A stretch of 16,268 bases of DNA from Hormoscilla sp. (GTDB lineage Bacteria; Cyanobacteriota; Cyanobacteriia; Cyanobacteriales; Desertifilaceae). The stretch lies in contig JBFRWI010000023.1 of NCBI GenBank assembly GCA_051439505.1, positions 1 to 16,268 on the forward strand. Reading direction: 5' to 3'. A model generated the notes under the pieces. It searched no databases. It saw only the letters and a list, made by a program, of their open reading frames with translations, and was not told the origin of the DNA. A program made the translations under genes and the position numbers. Below are positions 8,769-16,268 of this stretch, in pieces; position 1 is the stretch's first letter; each line of letters opens with the position of its first letter.

Positions 8769-9683
8769 ATGACAACTCTGTTTTCAACTAAGCCATTTAT
8801 GTCGCCCACTGGTGCCAACCGCCTGTTGACAAAAGTTCAGTCTTTGGCCCTGGGTCTTTTGGCTTGGGCCGCCTTGAGCGCACCGGTGGAAGCTTTACAG
8901 GTGCGGGTGAGACCAGATAATCCCCGCATCGGGGATACCTTGTCGGTAGTGGTGGAGTTAGATAATCCGGCAGTAGGCGAAAACCCCATAGTAAGAATAG
9001 GACAAAAGACCTACCCAACCTTTATGGTAGGACCAAATCGCTTTCGGGCTTTGCTGCCTTCAACCCCCTTAGACCGGCCCGGACGTTGGGTTTTCCAGGT
9101 GTTAGGAGAAGGAGATGTCCGTAACATCGCAGTTTGGATGAGCGATCGCACTTTCCCCACCCAAAGCATCTGGCTGCCCCCAGGCAAAGACTCTCTGGAA
9201 GGCACCGATTATGAATTCGATCGGGTAGCTGCCTTCAAGGAACTGGTCACCCCGCAAAAATTCTGGGACGGTGCCTTCAAACGGCCTCATCGGGGCCCAG
9301 TGACAACGGTTTTCGGAGTCCGCCGGTACTACAACGGGGAATTTGCCTTCAACTATTACCATCGCGGAGTAGATTACGCCGGTGAGACAGGGTCGCCAGT
9401 ATTGGCACCAGCAGCAGGAAGAGTGGCCTTGGTGGGACTAGAATCACGTGGATTTGAACTCCACGGCAATACAATAGGCATTGACCACGGTCAAGGAGTA
9501 TTGAGCATCTTTATGCACCTAAATCGGGTTGACGTGAAAGAGGGAGATCTGGTAGCAGCAGGTCAAGTAATCGGTGGTGTGGGTGCAACAGGAGCGTCAA
9601 CGGGCCCTCATTTGCACTGGGGTCTGTATGTCCACGGAAAGTCAGTAGATCCGGTACCTTGGCGATATCAAGGCTTGGAATAG
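8769..9683 (+). CDS. M23 family metallopeptidase
   Basis: HRGVD (HxxxD) and TGPHLH (HxH) zinc motifs, plus a signal-like N-terminus. Confidence 0.92.
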   Translation: MTTLFSTKPFMSPTGANRLLTKVQSLALGLLAWAALSAPVEALQVRVRPDNPRIGDTLSVVVELDNPAVGENPIVRIGQKTYPTFMVGPNRFRALLPSTPLDRPGRWVFQVLGEGDVRNIAVWMSDRTFPTQSIWLPPGKDSLEGTDYEFDRVAAFKELVTPQKFWDGAFKRPHRGPVTTVFGVRRYYNGEFAFNYYHRGVDYAGETGSPVLAPAAGRVALVGLESRGFELHGNTIGIDHGQGVLSIFMHLNRVDVKEGDLVAAGQVIGGVGATGASTGPHLHWGLYVHGKSVDPVPWRYQGLE

Positions 9684-9784
9684 GTAATGATATAAGCTTG
9701 AATGGAGGTGCAGCGGTTTTTGGCAGTTGATGGCGGAGCTGACGCTCGATAATAAAATGAGGCCACCGAGAGTAAAGAGGGGTA

Positions 9785-10321
9785 ATGAGTATCCAAAAAA
9801 TTGTCGAACAGGCACTAGAGGATGGTTATCTGACGCCAGCAATGGAAGCAGAGGTGGGAAGGATTTGTGACACGGCCTCGGAACTGTCGATCGAAGAATA
9901 CATGGCGTTGGACAGGTTAATGGGGTCACTTCTGACTGGTGAAGTGGTGGCAGTCCCGCGCAAACAGTTCATTAACGTCATGGAAGAATTGGTGCTGACA
10001 GAAGCAATATCACGAGTGGCCGAAATTGAGGCGACCAGTGACTGCACCCTGGACCTGGGAGATATTGCTGCCTATGCTCTCAACCGGCTGCCTCCCCTCT
10101 ATGCTACAACGGAAGAAGGTGCTAGCTACCAGCGCCAGCGTGCCAAGGAAGAACTCATGAGTTTGATTACGAGGCAAGTAGGTGAGGCGATCGCTCGTTA
10201 CCTGGATAGACCGGAATTCTTTCCCGAACGCCAAATATTCGGGAAAAGTTCGAGCGATGAAGTCCTCTCACAAGTTAACTCCTTGCTCAAAAGCAACGCC
10301 AATAGGTATGAGCAAAAATAG
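9785..10321 (+). CDS. cdgR: ComFB-family protein (CdgR-like cyclic-dinucleotide receptor)
   Basis: INVMEELV and DIAAYALNRLPPLYATT are ComFB motifs. N-terminus IVEQALEDGYLTP. Position between the M23 gene and sigG. Confidence 0.85.
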   Translation: MSIQKIVEQALEDGYLTPAMEAEVGRICDTASELSIEEYMALDRLMGSLLTGEVVAVPRKQFINVMEELVLTEAISRVAEIEATSDCTLDLGDIAAYALNRLPPLYATTEEGASYQRQRAKEELMSLITRQVGEAIARYLDRPEFFPERQIFGKSSSDEVLSQVNSLLKSNANRYEQK

Positions 10322-10430
10322 ATCGCTTGACTCTCCGATTTGGCCAAGGTATGGTAAAAAGCCCACTTTGGCTTGGGGATGTAGGGAAAATTTGCGCTAA
10401 ACTGAAGCTGGAATCGTGAATCATGGGCAA

Positions 10431-10458
10431 GGAACCTGCTTCATAATGGCGGCGTCAC
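10431..10458 (+). promoter_or_regulatory. ECF-sigma-type promoter, probable sigG autoregulation
   Basis: GGAACC-N16-CGTCAC ends 26 bp upstream of the sigG start and matches the GGAAC/CGTC ECF consensus. Confidence 0.65.
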
Positions 10459-10484
10459 CATTATGGGAGTAACAAGCCACCCTC

Positions 10485-11144
10485 ATGAGTCAATCACCTA
10501 CTGTATCCTGGTCAACGGTGGGGGCAGCAGTCCCCGAAACACCCGTGCAACCCGAAAAACTTTCAAACTACGACTTGATTTTAAGATGTCAGGCCAGCCA
10601 AAGGCCCGATAGATTGGCATTTGCTGAATTAGTGCGGCGGTATCAGTCTCATATAGAGCGGGTATTATATAACTTGGCTCCGGATTGGACCGATCGGGCA
10701 GACTTGGCTCAAGAAGTGTGGATTAGAGTTTATCGCCATATTAAGCGATTGCAAGATCCCGTCAAGTTTCGCAGCTGGCTGAGCCGAATAGCCACTAACC
10801 TGTTTTACGATGAATTGCGCAAACGCAAGCGGATGCGACCGCCGCTATCCCTGGATGCTCCCCGGTTATTAGATGATGGAGAGATGGACTGGGAAATAGC
10901 TAGCCCAGATCCAGGACCCGAAGAAAATCTGACAACAACTGAGTTCTACGAACAGCTGCAGGCGGCGATCGCCGAGTTGCCAGAGGCTTTTAGAACCACG
11001 ATCGTGCTTAGAGAAATCGAAGGTCAAAGCTATGAGGAAATTGCCGAAATAACAGGGGTATCTCTGGGCACAGTGAAATCACGCATTGCTAGGGCTCGTC
11101 AGCGCTTGCAACTGCAACTGCAAAAGTATCTTGACAGCAAGTGA
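10485..11144 (+). CDS. sigG: ECF RNA polymerase sigma factor SigG
   Basis: Region 2 (DLAQEVWIRVY, FRSWLSRIATN) and region 4 (LREIEGQSYEEIAEITGVSLGTVKSRIARAR). Confidence 0.92.
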   Translation: MSQSPTVSWSTVGAAVPETPVQPEKLSNYDLILRCQASQRPDRLAFAELVRRYQSHIERVLYNLAPDWTDRADLAQEVWIRVYRHIKRLQDPVKFRSWLSRIATNLFYDELRKRKRMRPPLSLDAPRLLDDGEMDWEIASPDPGPEENLTTTEFYEQLQAAIAELPEAFRTTIVLREIEGQSYEEIAEITGVSLGTVKSRIARARQRLQLQLQKYLDSK

Positions 11145-11306
11145 GCGGGTAGGGCGGATGGCACAGATAATCAGTGAAGCTTCTTCATTAACCGAAATAC
11201 CCTCATAACTGTTATATGATATTTGGCTATTGGGGTAAACTAACTACAGTTGGTTTCGGCTTTAGTAGAGGTGCTCCCTATTTGTAAAGAAGGTGGAGAC
11301 TAGAAA

Positions 11307-11780
11307 ATGAATAACATAGATCCTTTGACGATCAAACGCGATCGCTTTGAGTTAATCAGCGCCTACTTAGATGGTGAAGTGACCGCTGACGAGCGCAGAC
11401 AAGTAGAAGCATGGCTAGATAACGAGCCGGAAGTGCAAGCTCTGTATGAACGGTTGTTGAAACTTCACCAAGGATGGGACATGATGCCTGTACCACCGGC
11501 AACAGTGTCAGTGGAAGAGACGATAGATGCGGTATTCTCGCGCTTGGACAAGAAGGAAAAGCCTCGGCTGATTGTATTATGGGGTGGTGCTAGCGCGATC
11601 GCTGCTATGTTCGTTGCCGCGATATCGAGCCTATTCTTCAGTGGTGACAGGCTCCAGTTCGTGGAACAGAAGGTATCTCCTCCAATCACATCTCCATCAA
11701 ATGCAGCTGTCGCCCCGATGAGAATGGCTTTGGATCAACCGGTGGTGAACATTCCCAAAAAACCAGTAACAGCTCCCTAA
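11307..11780 (+). CDS. Membrane anti-sigma factor cognate to SigG
   Basis: RFELISAYLDGE anti-sigma domain and a single TM segment (IVLWGGASAIAAMFVAAISSLFF), directly downstream of sigG. Confidence 0.85.
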   Translation: MNNIDPLTIKRDRFELISAYLDGEVTADERRQVEAWLDNEPEVQALYERLLKLHQGWDMMPVPPATVSVEETIDAVFSRLDKKEKPRLIVLWGGASAIAAMFVAAISSLFFSGDRLQFVEQKVSPPITSPSNAAVAPMRMALDQPVVNIPKKPVTAP

Positions 11781-11795
11781 ACTCTGCTGTAAATA

Positions 11796-12077
11796 CTACT
11801 GTCGAGTCATGAAGTAGGCCCCAGGCCAACCCTAAAGGAAGGCCGTCAGATTGGAAAACTGCGATTTTCAGTCGGTTATATAGATTAACTGTTGATGGGC
11901 GATCGTCACCGCGATAACCTTCCAACTTGTTGAGGGTAGTTGGATCGTTAAAGGTGAGTAAAAAGCCTCCGACAGGTTGCTTTCCAGGAGTCATGGCAGG
12001 GATAGCCCATGGGCAAGGTATAGAGTTGGCCCCGGAGCGATCGCCCTGATAGATGCTATTACGTTGCTAGCACAAAG
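11796..12077 (-). pseudogene. Frameshifted gamma-glutamylcyclotransferase (AIG2-like) remnant
   Basis: Removing three single extra bases gives CASNVIASIRAIAPGQLYTLPMGYPAMTPGKQPVGGFLLTFNDPTTLNKLEGY...LYNR...LAWAYFM. The N-terminal VYGTL motif was not found. Confidence 0.75.
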
Positions 12078-12140
12078 AATCTTAATCCCCCCATTCAAGA
12101 AGCTAAAACCAATTTTGAATTTTGAGTTTGAGCGACAGAG

Positions 12141-12169
12141 ATTATAAGATAAAAGAATAATTATGTCAA
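12141..12169 (-). promoter_or_regulatory. Perfect sigma70 consensus promoter
   Basis: Minus strand TTGACA (12169-12164), 17-bp spacer, TATAAT (12146-12141). Confidence 0.75.
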
Positions 12170-12624
12170 GAATATATGAGGGATGCTCTTCGCTGCCGGG
12201 ATGAACGGCCCCTATGAACCAGTATCAGAAAGCCGTATCAGAGACTGCACTTAAGTGTCTCGGGGTACGTCCACCGGCTGAACGCCGGTCACTGTTCGCC
12301 GATCGCTGACCGTAGGGCATTGGGCGAACCGGTAATCTGTATTTTATGATAATTAGGCTCTGACCGCAAAAGCGCGGCTTTTCTGGAGGCCACAGCATGA
12401 CTGTCGCCCCTAATGGCGCATATGTGGTGTGGGCAGTTAAAATCAGCAAACAGTCGGCAGTAGCGGCGGTGGGTGTAACTTGATGCTATGATGAACGATT
12501 TCACAATCCCATCAAGGCACACCACCAGCGGTGCATCAAGTTTGAGGTCTGGTATACTCGATCGAGGGCCGGCTGCGAGTAGGCCAAAATATAGAAACAC
12601 TAGACGATCGCAGGAGTTTTAAGA

Positions 12625-15600
12625 GTGGAATCTCAATACAATCCAGCATCTATAGAGGAAAAGTGGCAAAAAACTTGGGTACAACAAGGTTTATACAAAA
12701 CCGACACCGATACCAAGAAGTCCAAATTCTACGCCCTATCTATGTTCCCCTATCCATCGGGGAATCTGCATATGGGACATGTGCGTAACTACACGATTAC
12801 GGATGTGATCGCCAGAATGCGTCGCATGCAAGGCGAGAGGGTACTACATCCAATGGGTTGGGATGCCTTTGGGCTACCGGCTGAAAATGCGGCGATCGCT
12901 CGCAGCATTCATCCAGCCCAGTGGACTGAGGATAATATCGCTCAGATGAAATCACAGTTGCAGCGCTTAGGGTTTTCTTACGATTGGAATTGCGAACTTT
13001 CTACCTGTTCGCCGGAATACTATAAGTGGACCCAGTGGATTTTCTTGCAATTTTTAGACGCGGGCCTGGCTTATCAGAAGGAGGCGGCGGTTAATTGGGA
13101 TCCGATCGATAAGACAGTCTTGGCCAATGAGCAGGTGGATAGCGAGGGGCGATCCTGGCGTTCTGGCGCTCAGGTTGAGCGTAAAATGTTGCGGCAGTGG
13201 TTCCTCAAAATTACTGATTATGCCGAACAACTGCTCCAGGATTTGGAGAAATTGACCGATTGGCCAGAGCGGGTGAAGCTGATGCAGGCTAACTGGATTG
13301 GCAAATCGGTGGGGGTAAGTCTGTCTTTTGAAGTGGTGGGGTCCGATGAGAAAGTTACTGTCTTTACCACTCGTCCGGATACGATTTACGGGGCTACTTA
13401 CCTTGTCCTCGCGCCGGAACATCCTCTAACTTTGAAGGTTGCCAGTTCAGACCGCCTGGAAGCAGTGGCAGCTTTTGTCAAAGAAGTGGCCTCCTTGGGA
13501 GAAATCGATCGCACGGCGACGGATAAGCCGAAACGGGGTATTCCCACCGGGGGCAAGGCGATTAATCCCTTTAGCGGTGAGGAAATCCCGATCTGGATTG
13601 CCGATTACGTGTTATATGAGTATGGCACCGGTGCCGTGATGGGCGTGCCGGCCCATGATACCCGGGATTTTAAATTCGCCTCGGAAAATAATTTGCCGAT
13701 CTCTGTGGCGATCGTACCCGAACGAGACATGCAACCTCAACCTTTGTCTGCGGCTTTTACCGCTCCGGGTTTTATGGTCAATTCTGGTCATTTTTCCGGC
13801 ATGACTTCTGAAGCTGGGAAACAGGCCGTGATTGAATTGGCGGAAAAACGGGGTATTGGCAAGGCGCAAGTAAATTATCGGCTCAGGGATTGGTTAATTT
13901 CTCGCCAACGTTACTGGGGCGTACCGATTCCGGTCATTCATTGCCCCAACTGTGGCATAGTGCCAGTGCCGGAATCAGATTTACCAGTGAGTTTGCCCCT
14001 GGATATCGAGTTGACGGGTAAGGGAGGTTCTCCTTTATCTGGAGTGGAGGAGTGGGTAAATGTGGATTGTCCTACTTGTGGAACTCCTGCAAAGCGGGAA
14101 ACAGACACGATGGATACATTTGTTGATTCTTCGTGGTATTTTTTGCGCTTTCCCGATGCTCAAAATTACGAGCAGCTGTTTGATGCTGCCAACACAAATG
14201 ATTGGATGCCTGTTGACCAGTATGTAGGCGGGATTGAACACGCGATTTTGCATTTGCTTTACTCGCGATTCTTTACTAAGGTGCTGCGCGATCGGGGATT
14301 ACTCAATTTCGACGAACCTTTCTTGCGCTTGCTAACTCAGGGTATGGTTCAGGGATTGACTTACCAGAATCCGAGAACGGGAAAATGGATTCCTGTCGAT
14401 CAGGTAGATCCTTCTTCTCCCGATCGTCCTCAGGATCCGGATACGGGAGACCCCCTGGAAGTTTCCTACAAGACTATGTCTAAGTCCAAGTATAACGGAG
14501 TAGAACCATCGGAGGTAGTTAATAAGTATGGTGCTGATACTGCCCGCATGTTTATCCTCTTTAAGGCGCCGCCAGAAAAGGATTTAGAGTGGGATGATGC
14601 CGATGTGGAAGGTCAATATCGCTTTCTGAATCGCGTCTGGCGTTTGGTGGCCGAATTGAAGGAGTTGCGCGGTCGGCAGCGCGAGCAACTTTCTGAGTCT
14701 CAAGAGGAACGGGAAGAACGAATCCGAGTAGTAATGAAAGCTCTTGGTTTTCCTGACTATTTGCTGGAGTCTTTGATTGATGAGGTCCAGAAGCGCAATG
14801 GGGAACTCAAATCTACCGAGCGAGTGACTCAACCTCAATTGAGGTCTTTGGGGTTATCTGAGGCTTTGATTAAGGAGATGGTGCGAAAACTACCAACTTC
14901 TATTCTTAAAGGTGGGGTGAAGGTCTATTCTGTGCCTCAAGTGAAGAAGGCAATGGAAGCAAAATTGTCTTTGCCAGGAACTCACCCCAATAATCGCGAA
15001 CAGCTCAAAAGGGTGTTGGTTTGGCTAGATAATTTGATCGATGAGGGTAAGGTTTTGCGACGGGCAGTTCATACGGCAATTGATGAAGTCACAAAAGATT
15101 TGTTCGGTGACTACCAATTTAATACTGCCATCTCGGAATTGATGAAGCTGTCTAATGCTCTGGCGGACGCTAAGTGTAAAGAGTCTCCTGCTTATGCGGA
15201 AGGGATTAAAACTTTGATTTTGCTTTTGGCTCCTTTTGCTCCTCATATCACTGAGGAGTTGTGGCAGGCGATCGGATACACTGGGTCGGTACATGCACAA
15301 CGATGGCCTGTTCTCGATCCAGCGGCTCTGGTGGCTGAAGAAATTACCCTGGTGATTCAAATTGATGGCAAAACCCGAGGCACTATTCAGGTTCCGGCTG
15401 ACTCCGATCGAGATTCTCTAGGACAATTAGCCCGCGAATCGGAAATTGCTCAGCATTATATCACCAATCGGTCTGTGGAAAAGGTGATTGTGGTGCCGGG
15501 ACGGAATCTGGTGAATTTTGTGACTGCTAGCCTCGATGATGAGGACCTTGATGATGAGGATCTTGAGGAGGATCTTGAGGAGGATCTTGATGATGAGGAT

Positions 15601-15699
15601 CTTGATGATGAGGATCTTGATGATGATGATCTCGATGATGAGGATTTTGATGATGATGATCTCGATGATGACTACCTCGATGATGACTACCTGATATAA
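12625..15699 (+). CDS. leuS: Leucine--tRNA ligase with ~130-aa internal insertion and acidic C-terminal extension
   Basis: GTG start with AGGAG upstream. Motifs [13 protein letters not shown], editing FTTRPDT and [28 protein letters not shown] and LLAPFAPH. Confidence 0.97.
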   Translation: MESQYNPASIEEKWQKTWVQQGLYKTDTDTKKSKFYALSMFPYPSGNLHMGHVRNYTITDVIARMRRMQGERVLHPMGWDAFGLPAENAAIARSIHPAQWTEDNIAQMKSQLQRLGFSYDWNCELSTCSPEYYKWTQWIFLQFLDAGLAYQKEAAVNWDPIDKTVLANEQVDSEGRSWRSGAQVERKMLRQWFLKITDYAEQLLQDLEKLTDWPERVKLMQANWIGKSVGVSLSFEVVGSDEKVTVFTTRPDTIYGATYLVLAPEHPLTLKVASSDRLEAVAAFVKEVASLGEIDRTATDKPKRGIPTGGKAINPFSGEEIPIWIADYVLYEYGTGAVMGVPAHDTRDFKFASENNLPISVAIVPERDMQPQPLSAAFTAPGFMVNSGHFSGMTSEAGKQAVIELAEKRGIGKAQVNYRLRDWLISRQRYWGVPIPVIHCPNCGIVPVPESDLPVSLPLDIELTGKGGSPLSGVEEWVNVDCPTCGTPAKRETDTMDTFVDSSWYFLRFPDAQNYEQLFDAANTNDWMPVDQYVGGIEHAILHLLYSRFFTKVLRDRGLLNFDEPFLRLLTQGMVQGLTYQNPRTGKWIPVDQVDPSSPDRPQDPDTGDPLEVSYKTMSKSKYNGVEPSEVVNKYGADTARMFILFKAPPEKDLEWDDADVEGQYRFLNRVWRLVAELKELRGRQREQLSESQEEREERIRVVMKALGFPDYLLESLIDEVQKRNGELKSTERVTQPQLRSLGLSEALIKEMVRKLPTSILKGGVKVYSVPQVKKAMEAKLSLPGTHPNNREQLKRVLVWLDNLIDEGKVLRRAVHTAIDEVTKDLFGDYQFNTAISELMKLSNALADAKCKESPAYAEGIKTLILLLAPFAPHITEELWQAIGYTGSVHAQRWPVLDPAALVAEEITLVIQIDGKTRGTIQVPADSDRDSLGQLARESEIAQHYITNRSVEKVIVVPGRNLVNFVTASLDDEDLDDEDLEEDLEEDLDDEDLDDEDLDDDDLDDEDFDDDDLDDDYLDDDYLI
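15532..15693 (+). repeat. Coding 12/15-bp tandem repeat (LDDED-type units)
   Basis: Eleven units related to CTTGATGATGAGGAT. Confidence 0.95.
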
Positions 15700-15847
15700 T
15701 AGACCTCTTGCATAAATAGCAAAATCGATCCAAATTGGGGGCTGAAAGTATTGCTATTCCATCACCAGAATGGACAATTGCGGCGAGGTCTAATAGTTAA
15801 TTGTTAGTGGGAACGCGATCGACGGTCGGTGGTCCGTAGCACAGCTT

Positions 15848-15890
15848 GTAGGACGGGCGTCCTGCCTGTCCGTCGGTTGTCAGTTGTCAG
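15848..15890. repeat. REP-like hairpin followed by GTTGTCA heptamer repeats
   Basis: GTA-GGACGGGC-GTCCT-GCCTGTCC (15848-15871), then GTCGGTTGTCAGTTGTCAGT. Confidence 0.6.
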
Positions 15891-15973
15891 TACCATCGGC
15901 TTATTAAAAAGTTAAAATTGAGATCTTGCACCATTGTCAATTAGCCTCCTGGACCGCCCTACTTTTTCAATCT

Positions 15974-16090
15974 AGCCCGCGCAGGCGGTTGCCGCGCTGC
16001 GCTCGCTTAGACAATTGCTTTGTTTTTGTAGCCTCACTCTTTAGGGTGAGGACGACTCAATTTTCCATTCTCAATTTTCCATTCTCAATT
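15974..16090. repeat. Cluster of small dispersed repeats (REP-like, hairpin, heptamer tandem)
   Basis: AGCCCGCGCAGGCGG...GCTTTGTTTTTGTAGCC, hairpin CCTCACTCT-TT-AGGGTGAGG (16032-16051) and (CTCAATT-TTCCATT)n at 16056-16090. Confidence 0.6.
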
Positions 16091-16268
16091 CTTCCAGGTC
16101 TTCTGGCCTGTTACAATTAAATAGGATTTCGGGGTCCGTTAGGGGAAGTTCTGCTATTGTCTGGGAGGCGAGGAACTGCTGAAAAGATCGCCCCCCGTTT
16201 TGGATAAATTGGCTTAACTCTGGCAGGCACGATCGCCTGTAAAATCCGCACAGGGGTTCCCATCCCCA

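Noticed and set aside
12200..12624. T-box leader for leuS; short minus-strand ORFs 12225-12449 and 12289-12600
   Set aside because: No AAGGTGGNACC T-box motif or following terminator. The ORFs have no recognisable motifs and overlap the hairpins.
14473..14490. KMSKS motif appears as TMSKS
   Set aside because: The catalytic second Lys is retained, and this is a common cyanobacterial LeuRS variant.
14656..15042. LeuRS insert as an intein or CAAD domain
   Set aside because: No Cys/Ser...His-Asn splice motifs or LAGLIDADG blocks, and no transmembrane helices.
248..15360. Numerous short ORFs overlapping the main genes on other frames or strands
   Set aside because: Shadow ORFs with no recognisable motifs, explained by the real genes.
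15527..15733. Antisense His-rich ORF (HHQDP repeats)
   Set aside because: It is the reverse complement of the Asp-rich repeat, with no independent coding evidence.

Overview
Cyanobacterial chromosomal segment (many HIP1 GCGATCGC octamers; REP-like and heptamer repeats suggest a filamentous lineage). Left to right: a palindromic repeat in an open frame, a trypsin-WD40 gene, thiS-thiE, a composite IS607-family element (two left ends, a truncated tnpB, an intact tnpB with omega-RNA right end) 46 bp upstream of thiE, a DUF1565 beta-helix gene, a PD-(D/E)XK nuclease-like gene, dapF, hfq, an M23 peptidase, ComFB/CdgR, sigG plus anti-sigma, a frameshifted gamma-glutamylcyclotransferase remnant, a hairpin-rich intergenic region with a perfect TTGACA-17-TATAAT promoter, and leuS. 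The most unusual features are the LeuRS, which has a ~130-aa soluble non-CAAD insertion (possibly HTH-like) and a 55-aa poly-acidic C-terminal tail, and the nested IS607/TnpB element. All family calls come from motif recognition by eye, not from database searches.
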